This document shows, one piece after another, positions 50,148-59,828 of a stretch of 64,000 nucleotides of DNA; within the stretch, counting starts at the first letter, position 1, and every line of letters begins with the position of its first letter. The DNA lies in contig CAZIVL010000001.1 of NCBI GenBank assembly GCA_964543035.1, positions 45,714 through 109,713 on the forward strand, in the 5' to 3' direction. The position numbers and the translations under genes were made by a program. This stretch comes from an uncultured Gammaproteobacteria bacterium. GTDB lineage: Bacteria > Patescibacteriota > Microgenomatia > CAZETR01 > Amesbacteraceae. The notes beneath the pieces are model-generated. The model saw only the letters and a list, made by a program, of their open reading frames with translations. It ran no database searches and was not told the DNA's origin.

Positions 50148-50845
50148 TGCAGGAAGCTTGGAAGTTATTCAAAGAGTCTCTAAATATTCTTAAGGCTCAC
50201 TGGAAATATGCCCTCAAGACTTATGTTCTCATCAGTCTTCTCATGTTTCTTATTTTAGGAGTAGCCGGTTTAGTATTTGCTCTGTTGTACGCTCTTCTCA
50301 AAAGTTTCGCATTTCTCATCTTTATTGCAGCTCTCATAGGCTTTATAGTCCTGATCTTTTGGTTGGCTCCGGTATATCTATTGATTGCAAAACATTTGAT
50401 CGCCGGTGAAGAAGTAGGTTTGCAGACACTGTTTTCAGAAGCCAAGCCATTTATTGTTCCCCTGGGTTGGACTAGTCTAGTCACAGGAGTAATCACTATG
50501 TTGGGATTCTTCCTGTTTATTATTCCCGGATTGATTCTGGCGGTTTGGTATATGTTTACCCAGTTCATAGTCATCGAACAAAAATTGTCCGGCTTCAAAG
50601 CCATGGGTGCTAGTAAGTCTTTGGTAAAAGGACGTTTTTGGGAGGCAGCCTGGTTTATTTCTTTCGTCTCCCTCTTGTCCATCGTCATCAGTTTTCTAAG
50701 TAACATTGTCGAAGCTTCCCCCGCAGACATTCGATTGGCCGGCTCTCTAGTAGTGGCCGCAATTTCGTTTGTGATTAGCGCCGCCGCTCCCATCTACACA
50801 TATCTCGTTTACCGTCGATTTTCCTCCACTCCCGCAAAATCCTAA
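50144..50845 (+). CDS. Integral membrane protein (hypothetical)
   Basis: 233 aa, 5-6 TM helices; overlaps the previous gene by 4 nt. Confidence 0.4.
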   Translation: MMQEAWKLFKESLNILKAHWKYALKTYVLISLLMFLILGVAGLVFALLYALLKSFAFLIFIAALIGFIVLIFWLAPVYLLIAKHLIAGEEVGLQTLFSEAKPFIVPLGWTSLVTGVITMLGFFLFIIPGLILAVWYMFTQFIVIEQKLSGFKAMGASKSLVKGRFWEAAWFISFVSLLSIVISFLSNIVEASPADIRLAGSLVVAAISFVISAAAPIYTYLVYRRFSSTPAKS

Positions 50846-50896
50846 GGCAACACCCTCTTGCAATTCCGTACCTCATCTGCGATATTTGGCCCACGT

Positions 50897-51940
50897 ATGA
50901 CCGCTCAAGCCGATGCAAAAAATCAAGCGATAAAAATCGCTATGCAGCAGATTGAAAAACAGTTTGGTGTAGGTTCCATCATGAAGTTAGGGGAAAAAGC
51001 GGACAAATTTGTAGTGGATGTTATCCCGACAGGTTCTATCGCCCTGGATGTAGCTCTTGGCATCGGCGGCTTTCCCAGAGGTCGCATCGTCGAGATCTAT
51101 GGTCCAGAAGCATCTGGTAAGACGACTCTAGCACTTCATTGTATAGCAGCCGCCCAAGCCTCAGGAGGGACTGCCGCTTTCATCGATGCCGAGCATGCCC
51201 TAGATCCGGCTCGCGCCGAAGCCATTGGTGTAGATCTAGACAATCTCTACATTTCTCAGCCAGACACCGGTGAGCAAGCCCTCGAAATCGTAGAGACTCT
51301 TATCAGATCCGGCGCATTAGATGTCATCGTTATTGATTCGGTAGCAGCCCTAGTCCCGAGGGCTGAGATCGAAGGTGAAATGGGGGATTCTGTCATGGGG
51401 GTTCAGGCCCGCCTCATGTCCCAGGCTTTGCGAAAGATCACCGGAGCCATTTCCAAGAGTAAGACTGTCGTCATCTTCACCAATCAGTTGCGTATGAAGA
51501 TCGGCGTGATGTTTGGCAATCCCGAGACCACGACCGGTGGCATGGCTCTCAAGTTTTATTCTTCTATCAGGCTCGATATCAGAAAGATCGAGACTCTCAA
51601 AGAAGGCGATGTAGCTTATGGCTCCAGACACAGAGTCCGGGTAGTAAAAAACAAGATGGCCCCACCTTTCAGAGTCGCCGAATTAGACATTCTAAATAGC
51701 AAAGGTATTAGTAGAAGCGGCGGCCTCTTGGATGTAGGCCTCGAGCTTGGACTTCTGACCAAAAAGGGTGCCTTTGTCTATCACAACGACACTATTATCG
51801 GCCAGGGTCGGGCAGCCGCTGTCGAATATCTAGATGCCAATCCAAAGATCGCCAAACAGATCGAAGAGGCGATCTGGAAGATCATCAAAGATGGCAAGAA
51901 ACCACTTCCCAAGCAAGTCGGCGAAACAGAAGAAGAGTAA
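50897..51940 (+). CDS. recA: Recombinase RecA
   Basis: Walker [10 protein letters not shown]; full RecA similarity; start trimmed to [11 protein letters not shown]. Confidence 0.95.
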   Translation: MTAQADAKNQAIKIAMQQIEKQFGVGSIMKLGEKADKFVVDVIPTGSIALDVALGIGGFPRGRIVEIYGPEASGKTTLALHCIAAAQASGGTAAFIDAEHALDPARAEAIGVDLDNLYISQPDTGEQALEIVETLIRSGALDVIVIDSVAALVPRAEIEGEMGDSVMGVQARLMSQALRKITGAISKSKTVVIFTNQLRMKIGVMFGNPETTTGGMALKFYSSIRLDIRKIETLKEGDVAYGSRHRVRVVKNKMAPPFRVAELDILNSKGISRSGGLLDVGLELGLLTKKGAFVYHNDTIIGQGRAAAVEYLDANPKIAKQIEEAIWKIIKDGKKPLPKQVGETEEE

Positions 51941-51949
51941 AATAAAGTT

Positions 51950-52393
51950 GTGGAAGAGTACAAGAGATTATTTTCCAGTTGTTTAAAACAGTTGGGGATT
52001 AGACCCAGAAGCGAAAAAGAGATCCGTGACTCGTTGTCCAAAAAGAGCTCAGACACCGATTTGATTAATCAGATTGTAGGCAAGCTCAAGTCAGAAAATC
52101 TTATTAATGATTCTGAATTTGCCACCTGGTATGTGGAATCTCGTAGTAGGTCTCGTCCCCGGGGTCTTCGTCTACTTCAATATGAGCTGAGTCAAAAAGG
52201 TGTCTCCGCTGACAACTTACAACTAACAACTGACAACGAAATCGCTTTAGCAAAAAAGGCTCTGGAGAAAAAATTGATTCTATGGTCAAACCTGCCCAAA
52301 CTGGAGTTCAAGATCAAAGCCCAGCGATTTCTCAATAGCCGTGGTTTTGGCTGGAGCGCGATTGAAGAAGCGGTCAAAAAAGCGTATAATTGA
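51950..52393 (+). CDS. recX: RecA regulator RecX
   Basis: Three-helix repeat architecture, position after recA; GTG start; contains heptamer array. Confidence 0.7.
   Translation: MEEYKRLFSSCLKQLGIRPRSEKEIRDSLSKKSSDTDLINQIVGKLKSENLINDSEFATWYVESRSRSRPRGLRLLQYELSQKGVSADNLQLTTDNEIALAKKALEKKLILWSNLPKLEFKIKAQRFLNSRGFGWSAIEEAVKKAYN
52211..52238 (+). repeat. Heptamer tandem array GACAACT-TACAACT-AACAACT-GACAACG inside recX
   Basis: Seen directly; encodes ADNLQLTTDNE. Confidence 0.85.
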
Positions 52394-52424
52394 TACATGT
52401 TAGTTCGCACACATACTTCATTTT

Positions 52425-53561
52425 ATGGCCGCAAACACACCATCGGACGAGGATAAGAAACAGCTTCTATCTCAGTGGGAAAAGTATCTCTCAGACGATA
52501 TTGCCAAGCTCATTGATCAGGCCCGAGTGGATTACACGGCCAGGGCTTCCGAGCTCGCCCAAGAGATCATAGTCGAGGCCATGCTTCATGGCGCCACCGA
52601 TTACACCGCCGAATACACAGTTTCTGTAGTCCAGCTTCCCAATGATTCTGTAAAAGGCGGCATCATCGGCAAAGGCGGGGCAAATATCGCCGCTTTCGAG
52701 AGAGCCACCGGTGTTGAGATCGAGATCGAAGAAGGCAATTCTATTAGGCTTTCTTGTTTCGATTCTACCCGCCGTGAGATTGCCAGACGAGCCCTGGAAT
52801 TTCTTATCAAAGACGGTCGTATTCAGCCCAGTCGTATTGAGGAAGTCGTCGCCCAGACCCGAAAGCAGATGGACACCATTTTGATGGACGAAGGTCGCAA
52901 GATCTGTGCCGCTTGTGGCGTCTACAATCTCGATCCCGAGCTGGTAAAGATCATTGGCAAGTATCGCTTCCGATTCTCATATGGCCAAAACCTAGGCATC
53001 CATACTATTGAGGAGACCAAGATTGGAGTTCAGATTGCCCATGACTTGGGACTTTCCGAGGAAGATATTCTCCACGTCCGCTTGGGATGTCTTCTGCATG
53101 ATGTAGGCAAGGTAGTCACCGACGAAGAGGGTACTCATGTTCAGCTAGGTGTCCAGCTCTTAAAAAAATATGGTCTCCACGATCTCGTCGTCAATGCTGT
53201 CGCCGAGCATCACGAGGACAAGCCATTTTCATCTACTATCTCCAGAGTCGTCTGGGTCTCAGATGCTATTTCCGGTTCCAGACCAGGTGCTCGCTATGAA
53301 CCCCACGAAGCATACGTCAAGCGTTTGACCCAGATCGAAGACATTGGCAAGTCGTTTCCCGAAGTCCTTGAGGTTTTTGCTTTCCAATCCGGCCGTGATG
53401 TGCGTATTCTAGTTCGCCCAGACATGGTTTCCGATTCGGAGTTGACGGTCTTGGTTTCCAAGATGAAGCAGAGGCTCGAGAAAGAAGTCCAGTACGTAGG
53501 TCAAATAAAAATCAGTGCTATTCGCGAAGTCAGAGCTACAGATATCACAAAAGCCAGGTAA
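52425..53561 (+). CDS. rny: Ribonuclease Y (KH + HD domains; lacks the usual N-terminal TM/coiled-coil)
   Basis: KH GGIIGKGGANI; HD motif LLHDVGK; recA-rny linkage. Confidence 0.85.
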   Translation: MAANTPSDEDKKQLLSQWEKYLSDDIAKLIDQARVDYTARASELAQEIIVEAMLHGATDYTAEYTVSVVQLPNDSVKGGIIGKGGANIAAFERATGVEIEIEEGNSIRLSCFDSTRREIARRALEFLIKDGRIQPSRIEEVVAQTRKQMDTILMDEGRKICAACGVYNLDPELVKIIGKYRFRFSYGQNLGIHTIEETKIGVQIAHDLGLSEEDILHVRLGCLLHDVGKVVTDEEGTHVQLGVQLLKKYGLHDLVVNAVAEHHEDKPFSSTISRVVWVSDAISGSRPGARYEPHEAYVKRLTQIEDIGKSFPEVLEVFAFQSGRDVRILVRPDMVSDSELTVLVSKMKQRLEKEVQYVGQIKISAIREVRATDITKAR

Positions 53562-53568
53562 CATCATT

Positions 53569-53598
53569 GTCATCCTGAGTCGCAGCGAAGGATCCAGT
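53569..53598 (+). repeat. Repeat family copy R8: GTCATCCTGAGTCGCAGCGAAGGATCCAGT
   Basis: Seen directly, 7 nt after the rny stop. Confidence 0.85.
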
Positions 53599-53740
53599 CT
53601 TCTCTCCATAATTCATAATTCCAGATTCATAATTCAAATTTAATCCCATATATCCATTTTTTCTCTTGACATCACTTCGGCTTTAATGTAACTTCACCAA
53701 CAGAAATGATATACAGATTTTTGAGAGGGGGTGAGCGTAA

Positions 53741-54013
53741 GTGACAAAACAACAAATGTTTGAGGTCGTCGCCCGCAAAGCTCACCTGACAAAAAAAGGT
53801 GCTCGTGAGGCAGTCGAGACTTTTTTGGAAGAAGTAAAAAAAGCTTTGAGCAAAGGTGAAAAAGTAGTTCTCTCAGGCTTTGGTACCTTTCAGGTAAAAA
53901 CGGTCAAAGACAAACCAGTGATAGTTCCTTTTACAAAAGAGCGAAAGATCGTAAAAGGTCACCGCAAAGCGACCTTTACCGCCGGCAAGACTCTGAAAAA
54001 GGCCGTCAAGTAA
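53741..54013 (+). CDS. hup: DNA-binding protein HU
   Basis: 90 aa HU/IHF fold (…GFGTFQVK…); GTG start after GGGGG RBS; TTGACA -35 upstream. Confidence 0.9.
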   Translation: MTKQQMFEVVARKAHLTKKGAREAVETFLEEVKKALSKGEKVVLSGFGTFQVKTVKDKPVIVPFTKERKIVKGHRKATFTAGKTLKKAVK

Positions 54014-54018
54014 AAGTT

Positions 54019-54049
54019 GTCATCCTGAGCCGCCGCGAAGGATCCAGGC
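54019..54049 (+). repeat. Repeat family copy R9: GTCATCCTGAGCCGCCGCGAAGGATCCAGGCTCAGG (with CCTGAGCC/GGCTCAGG inverted repeat)
   Basis: Seen directly, 5 nt after the hup stop. Confidence 0.85.
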
Positions 54050-54178
54050 TCAGGCAATAAATATCAGATACACATTGCCAAGAGATAATGGCATTGTAGA
54101 ATAAGCAAGTTCCCACGAAAGAATATAAAAACGAGGCGCAAGCCTCGTTTTTGGTCCCAGATAGAATAAAATAGATCC

Positions 54179-54970
54179 ATGCGCTTATTCCTCACTTTTT
54201 GCCACGCCACTTTTCAAGACGCTTCAGCATACCGTCTAGAAAGTTTGTTGTGGTTTGTCATTGAGTCCATTCCCATCCTTATCATGACTAGCTTGTGGAA
54301 GAGTCTGGAGATCTCAGGCCACATTTCCCCCGCTCAAGCCGGAAATCTCATTCTCTACTACGTCTTGTCGCTTTTGATAGCCAGACTCGCTTCAACTCAT
54401 TTTGAAGAATGGTTTTCTCTGGAGATCAAAGATGGCAAGATCAATTCAAGGTTGGTAAAGCCTTTCGCTTTCAAGACTTATCTACTAGCCGATTCCACAA
54501 TCTATCGATTAATGGGGACTTTCTACACTCTGCCTATATTTGTCCTCTTGGCTCCCTTGTATCTCCCCGCATTGACAGAAAATTTTTCGCCTGTAAAAAC
54601 ATTTTTATTTTTCTTTTTGATACTAGTATCTTTTTTCCAGAAATTTTTTATCAGCTGGCTCATTGGAATTTCGGCCTTTTGGTTTGACCAGACATATTTT
54701 TTGACCCATCTCAAATGGTTGTTAGAGGGTCTCATGGGAGGCGGATGGCTACCTATGACCTTTTTCCCTCTCTGGTGGCAGACAGTTTCCAGATTTACCC
54801 CTTTTTATTACTGGTATTTTTTCCCCATCCAAGTCTACATTACCCCCATGCCCAATTCAGAAATTATTGAAGGGATATTTATCAGTCTTGTGTGGCTTAC
54901 GATATTGATTTGGTTTGGCAGAGTTATTTGGCAGTCTGGTCTCAAGCGCCATTCCGCAGTCAGTGGTTAG
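54179..54970 (+). CDS. ABC-2 family transporter permease, type A paralog 1
   Basis: 6-TM pattern; LVKP motif; conserved C-terminal …GLKRHSAVSG; paralogous to 55784 and 59027 ORFs. Confidence 0.65.
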   Translation: MRLFLTFCHATFQDASAYRLESLLWFVIESIPILIMTSLWKSLEISGHISPAQAGNLILYYVLSLLIARLASTHFEEWFSLEIKDGKINSRLVKPFAFKTYLLADSTIYRLMGTFYTLPIFVLLAPLYLPALTENFSPVKTFLFFFLILVSFFQKFFISWLIGISAFWFDQTYFLTHLKWLLEGLMGGGWLPMTFFPLWWQTVSRFTPFYYWYFFPIQVYITPMPNSEIIEGIFISLVWLTILIWFGRVIWQSGLKRHSAVSG

Positions 54971-54973
54971 TAT

Positions 54974-55771
54974 ATGAATTTGACTCGATATCCAAAAATA
55001 TTATTCTTCTTTATTCGTCAGTCTTGGATGGCTGCGGCCGAATATCGAATAAACTACATCATTTGGTTGGTCATAGATATCGCATGGACACTCATGGATC
55101 TGATCATTACGACGGCTTTGCTAGGAACAACACAAGTCGTTGGTACCTGGGATCTTCCCAGAGCACTTATCGCCATAGGTGTATTTCGAATTATGGTTCT
55201 TCCTATTTGGAGTTGGTTTTTCCCGGCCTTTTCAGAGCTTCCCAGATTAGTTAGCGAAGGCAGGCTAGACCTGTTACTCAGTAAGCCCATCAATTCTCAG
55301 TTTCTAGCCTCTATTCAGAAGTTTAGTTTCAACCAATGGCCGTCAGTCTTGATTGGCATTGCCTACATTTATCACGGGGCCCAAACCGGGGGAATAGCTA
55401 TCACTTTGTCCCAGATATTCTTATTTATTTTGCTCATGATCATATCCTCGATTCTGGTTTATGGGGTTTATTTTTCCACCATGACATTGGTGTTATATGT
55501 TCAGAGACTGAACAATATTCCCTATCTTTTTACCGAGAGTTATTATGCTGCCGGCCGCTATCCGCCCCAGATCTACGGAGACCTATTACGTCGCGCGTTA
55601 GTCAGCGTTTTCCCACTGGCTCTCATTACGACTATTCCCGCCGAAAGTCTCTTCTTTCCCATAAACATTTCCCAGATCATGTATTTCAACTTACTGGCCG
55701 TAGTCTTTCTCCTAGTCAGCAGTTTCCTCTGGCACAACGGCCTCCGCCACTACTCTTCTGCCTCTTCATAG
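54974..55771 (+). CDS. ABC-2 family transporter permease, type B paralog 1
   Basis: Paralogous to 56584 and 59829 ORFs; ends …HNGLRHYSSASS. Confidence 0.65.
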   Translation: MNLTRYPKILFFFIRQSWMAAAEYRINYIIWLVIDIAWTLMDLIITTALLGTTQVVGTWDLPRALIAIGVFRIMVLPIWSWFFPAFSELPRLVSEGRLDLLLSKPINSQFLASIQKFSFNQWPSVLIGIAYIYHGAQTGGIAITLSQIFLFILLMIISSILVYGVYFSTMTLVLYVQRLNNIPYLFTESYYAAGRYPPQIYGDLLRRALVSVFPLALITTIPAESLFFPINISQIMYFNLLAVVFLLVSSFLWHNGLRHYSSASS

Positions 55772-55783
55772 TAATATTAGAGG

Positions 55784-56581
55784 ATGAAAAGTTTGCGTAT
55801 TCTTGTGGTCCTCATCAAAGCCAATTGGCAGAGCTATCTCCAGTATCGCCTCCATTCACTTCTGTGGGTCATAAACGGATCCATTGGCCCATTTTTGGCC
55901 ATGGCTATCTGGATACTTATTTCGACCAGTAGAGACGTAGGTTTGAATTCCACTCAGATCGGCACCTACTTTTTCATGAGCTTGTTAGTCTCCCGACTTA
56001 CCCAAGTCTGGACTTTGGACAAAGTTGGGCATTGGATCAAGGATGGTCATATCTCAAATGTATTGGTCAAGCCTCATAGCTATGTATTAGAAAATCTAGC
56101 CGAGCAGTTTGGTCAAAAATCGTCTCGTCTATCCATGATATTTATTTTCATGCTCGCCGCCTGGCCGCTACTATCCAGACACGTCAGTTTGAGTTTTGAC
56201 GCGGGTAGGCTTTGGTTGTCTGTCCTCGCCGTCATTCTGGGTTTTATCCTATTGTTTTCATTTGAACATGTCTTGGCCTTGCTCGCCTTCTGGACCGACG
56301 AGATAACAGGGGTTGCCAGAGTCCACGACACTCTCCAGGGATTATTTAGTGGGTATCTGGTCCCCATCGCTTTTATGCCGGCAGTTCTAAAAAGCATCAT
56401 GACCTATTACCCAGCCAGATTTGTATTGTCTTTCCCTTTGGAGATTCTGATCATCGAGATTCCATATCCCGAGATCATAAAGGGGTTTCTCATCTGTGTA
56501 TCCTGGATAGTAGGACTCGTAATTACATATAGGTTGGTGTTCAAAATCGCTGTTAAAAAATATAGTTCCGTCGGCACATAA
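55784..56581 (+). CDS. ABC-2 family transporter permease, type A paralog 2
   Basis: Same architecture; ends …KKYSSVGT. Confidence 0.65.
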   Translation: MKSLRILVVLIKANWQSYLQYRLHSLLWVINGSIGPFLAMAIWILISTSRDVGLNSTQIGTYFFMSLLVSRLTQVWTLDKVGHWIKDGHISNVLVKPHSYVLENLAEQFGQKSSRLSMIFIFMLAAWPLLSRHVSLSFDAGRLWLSVLAVILGFILLFSFEHVLALLAFWTDEITGVARVHDTLQGLFSGYLVPIAFMPAVLKSIMTYYPARFVLSFPLEILIIEIPYPEIIKGFLICVSWIVGLVITYRLVFKIAVKKYSSVGT

Positions 56582-56583
56582 CC

Positions 56584-57369
56584 ATGACTGCAAAAAGAGT
56601 GATCAAATTGCTGTTTGTATATTCCAGGATTAGTCAGATGACGGCCTGGCAGCATCGTTTTGGTTATTTTTTCCGTCTATTCAGAGTCGTCCTCGATCTG
56701 GGTATTTCGCTCATTTTTATAAACATTATTTTCCTAAAGACTCCCATGCTTGGCACTTGGTCCCAGCCCGAGGCCTTTCTGATCTACGCGCTTTATCAGA
56801 TCGTCGATTGCATATATGTATTTTTCTGCGGAGACAGCTTCCGAAATATGGGGATAGATATCAGGAGAGGCAATCTCGATGGATTTTTTACAAAGCCTGT
56901 CGACAGCCAGTTCATTGTCAGTTTCCGGACTATCTTTCCCTCAAGTATTTATAGAGTGATGTTGGCATTTGGTATCTTGTACTACGCCCTCGCAAAGCTG
57001 GCAGTGAATCCAGATATAAATAGCATCATCTGGTTCATCGTTAGCATGATCTCTGCCGTTCTTATCCACTATGCTCTAGTGTTCATGGCCGCGACCACAG
57101 CTTTCTGGTCCAGTGGGGGAGAAGCAGCAGAGATTATGAATACCGTCTTTTCCATTAGTAAATATCCCCTCGATGTCTTCAAGCGCCACACTATACTATT
57201 GCTCACCGTAATTCCTCTAATATTTATTACAACTGTTCCCGCAAAAGTTTTGTTAGACAAGCCAGGTCAGCTCCACTATTTCGCACCCTTCCTCGCAATT
57301 ATTTTATTGATTCTCTCGCGCAAGTTCTGGCACCACGCCCTCCGCCATTATTCTTCCGCCTCGTCTTAA
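56584..57369 (+). CDS. ABC-2 family transporter permease, type B paralog 2
   Basis: Ends …HHALRHYSSASS. Confidence 0.65.
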   Translation: MTAKRVIKLLFVYSRISQMTAWQHRFGYFFRLFRVVLDLGISLIFINIIFLKTPMLGTWSQPEAFLIYALYQIVDCIYVFFCGDSFRNMGIDIRRGNLDGFFTKPVDSQFIVSFRTIFPSSIYRVMLAFGILYYALAKLAVNPDINSIIWFIVSMISAVLIHYALVFMAATTAFWSSGGEAAEIMNTVFSISKYPLDVFKRHTILLLTVIPLIFITTVPAKVLLDKPGQLHYFAPFLAIILLILSRKFWHHALRHYSSASS

Positions 57370-57623
57370 TAGACATCATCGTGGGATCCCACATCAATTA
57401 GTATCACTTCATTCTCAGAAGCAAAAACAAAAATTACCCGTTTCTTATATGATATCGAAAAAGAAAATTGCCCCCTTAGTTTGCCAGTCAAAGCATGGGT
57501 TTTTAGTTTAGGATTGTATACGTCTTTAGATAACCAGCCCACTCTCTCGTCCAAGTTCTTTCTTTCCTCGTTCGATAATTTCCTCGCACTTTTTTTAAAA
57601 TGCGAAGAGACGCCAATCTTCAT
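57366..57623 (-). CDS. RelE/ParE-superfamily toxin
   Basis: 85 aa; …LKTHALTGKLRGQFSFSISYKKRVIFVF…ILIDVGSHDDVY pattern. Confidence 0.65.
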   Translation of the reverse strand: MKIGVSSHFKKSARKLSNEERKNLDERVGWLSKDVYNPKLKTHALTGKLRGQFSFSISYKKRVIFVFASENEVILIDVGSHDDVY

Positions 57624-57629
57624 ATTTGG

Positions 57630-57914
57630 TTACTTCAATAGATCAGAAACTTTCTGGCCAGGCTTTAGCCAGGTAGTTTTACCCTTTTTGTATTCAGATA
57701 TAGCCTCGTCGCGAACTCTGAGAAGATAATCCTCTTCTAAATGTTTCAACCTTTCAGCCTGAGCATTGTATGCACTAGGAGACATCAGAACCACATCGGG
57801 TACACCATTACTGACCACAACCATAGGTTCAGAAGTAGCTCTGACTTTATCAGCAAGCGTTCTATACTTCCTTTGCAGATCGGCTACAGTTGTAATCATG
57901 GGTATCAAGTTCAT
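57630..57914 (-). CDS. Phd/YefM-family antitoxin
   Basis: 94 aa; N-terminal …TVADLQRKYRTLADKV…EPMVVVSNGVPDVVLMSPSAYN… typical of Phd/YefM; upstream of toxin with 6-nt spacing. Confidence 0.65.
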   Translation of the reverse strand: MNLIPMITTVADLQRKYRTLADKVRATSEPMVVVSNGVPDVVLMSPSAYNAQAERLKHLEEDYLLRVRDEAISEYKKGKTTWLKPGQKVSDLLK

Positions 57915-58000
57915 ATAATTATCATATTACTATATATATGACCAATCGTCAATATTTGCCTAGTTGATAAACTAACAGTTTGAAGTGATAATCAATCTAC

Positions 58001-58984
58001 ATGCCAGTCATTGAAGTCAAAGGTCTCCAAAAGCACTTCCAGGTTCATCAAAAAGAGCCCGGTTTGGCCGGCTCCTTTAAGTCTCTGTTTCACAGAAAGT
58101 ACAATCTCGTAAAGGCCGTAGACAATGTGTCTTTTGAGATCGGCGAGGGCGAGCTAGTAGGCTTCATAGGTCCAAATGGCGCCGGCAAGACCACGACTTT
58201 GAAGACCTTATCCGGTCTTCTATACCCCAGTGCTGGTCACGTCTCAGTCTTGGGCTACACACCCTGGGACCGAAAGCCCGCATTTCAAAAGCAGTTTTCT
58301 CTGGTCATGGGCCAAAAAAATCAGCTCTGGTGGGATCTGCCAGCTATTGAGTCGTTTATCCTAAACAAAGAAATATACGAAGTCCCAGACGCTCAGTACA
58401 AAAAGACCCTAGACGAGTTAGTGGAGCTTTTGGATGTCAAAGATATTTTAAAGGTCCAGGTACGCAAATTGTCTTTGGGCCAAAGGATGAAAATGGAGCT
58501 CATAGCCGCCCTCATTCATTCTCCCAAGATTCTCTTTTTAGACGAGCCCACCATCGGTCTAGACGTAGTCATGCAAAAAAAGATGCGTGATTTCATAAAA
58601 GCATATAACCAAAAGTTCAACGCCACTATCATCCTGACTAGTCACTACATGGACGATGTCAAAGAATTATGTGAGCGCGTCATCATCATCGATCACGGTC
58701 GCATTCTCTTCGATGGCAAGCTGGCAGACATTATCAAGAAGTTTGCCGATCACAAGCTGATTACGGTTGTGTTCAGTAAAGCCGTAGACGAAAAAGTTTT
58801 GGCAAAGATGGGAACCGTCAAAGAGTTTGAGGCTCCCCGGGCTGTCATTTCTGTAAAAAGAGACAAAGCCACCAAGATTGCCGCCAAGCTTTTGGAGGAT
58901 CTTCCCGTGGAGGATCTCAACATCGAAGAACCCAAGATCGAAGACATCATCCGTGAAGTCTTCACCGGCAAGGATTTTGCCTAA
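58001..58984 (+). CDS. ABC transporter ATP-binding protein
   Basis: Walker A GPNGAGKTT, signature LSLGQRMK, Walker B LFLDEP. Confidence 0.85.
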   Translation: MPVIEVKGLQKHFQVHQKEPGLAGSFKSLFHRKYNLVKAVDNVSFEIGEGELVGFIGPNGAGKTTTLKTLSGLLYPSAGHVSVLGYTPWDRKPAFQKQFSLVMGQKNQLWWDLPAIESFILNKEIYEVPDAQYKKTLDELVELLDVKDILKVQVRKLSLGQRMKMELIAALIHSPKILFLDEPTIGLDVVMQKKMRDFIKAYNQKFNATIILTSHYMDDVKELCERVIIIDHGRILFDGKLADIIKKFADHKLITVVFSKAVDEKVLAKMGTVKEFEAPRAVISVKRDKATKIAAKLLEDLPVEDLNIEEPKIEDIIREVFTGKDFA

Positions 58985-58991
58985 CAGTTGT

Positions 58992-59024
58992 GTCATCCTG
59001 AGCCTCAGCGAAGGATCCAGGCTC
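58992..59024 (+). repeat. Repeat family copy R10: GTCATCCTGAGCCTCAGCGAAGGATCCAGGCTCAT
   Basis: Seen directly, 7 nt after the ATPase stop and ending 2 nt before the next start. Confidence 0.85.
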
Positions 59025-59026
59025 AT

Positions 59027-59827
59027 ATGAAAAAATATTTCACAATCTTCTCTCTCTCCTTTCAAAACGAATTTACATATCGCCTAAATTTTATTCTCTG
59101 GCGTCTTAGAAATGTCCTTCGCATTCTCATGGTTATCACTCTCTGGAACGTAGTTCTTGCGGGCAGAGGTCATGCTTTTGGTTACACTTCTGACCAACTG
59201 ATTGCTTATGTTTTTCTGGCCTCCGTAGTCCAGACATTAGTCATGGCCTCTCCTTCAAATGACAATATAGGTGGAGAGATATCAGGAGGAGATCTATCCA
59301 ACTATTTAGTTAAGCCCATCAGCTACATCAAATATTGGTTCACCAGAGACATGGCCAGCAAGCTTCTCAATATTATTTTTGCAGTTGCCGAGCTTACAAT
59401 TCTTCTTGCTTTATTCCGACCAGATATCACTTTCCCATTCACAGTGAATAACTTTTTTCTCGGTGTTCTTGCTTTGGGCTTAGCCATTACCTCTTATTTC
59501 TTTATCTCAAAAATGGCAGTATTCATCGCTTTTTGGATTCCCGAAAACACCTGGGGTTTTATGTTTATAGTTCTAGTATTTCTGGAGATGCTGTCAGGAG
59601 TCATCTTTCCTCTCGATGTTTTACCTACTGCGATTCGCTCAATAGTCGATCTCACCCCATTTCCATATCTCATTTATTATCCCATCGGTATTTATGTAGG
59701 CAAATTTACATCACCTCAAGTATTTTGGATCATATTAAAATCGATGATTTGGGTTGCCGCCGGCTTGTTCTTATCCAGTCGTATCTGGCGAAAGGGCTTA
59801 AAAGTTTATGCATCGGAGGGAAAGTAG
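59027..59827 (+). CDS. ABC-2 family transporter permease, type A paralog 3
   Basis: ORF 58988.. trimmed to MKKYFTIFSL (upstream part is the repeat). Confidence 0.65.
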   Translation: MKKYFTIFSLSFQNEFTYRLNFILWRLRNVLRILMVITLWNVVLAGRGHAFGYTSDQLIAYVFLASVVQTLVMASPSNDNIGGEISGGDLSNYLVKPISYIKYWFTRDMASKLLNIIFAVAELTILLALFRPDITFPFTVNNFFLGVLALGLAITSYFFISKMAVFIAFWIPENTWGFMFIVLVFLEMLSGVIFPLDVLPTAIRSIVDLTPFPYLIYYPIGIYVGKFTSPQVFWIILKSMIWVAAGLFLSSRIWRKGLKVYASEGK

Positions 59828-59828
59828 T

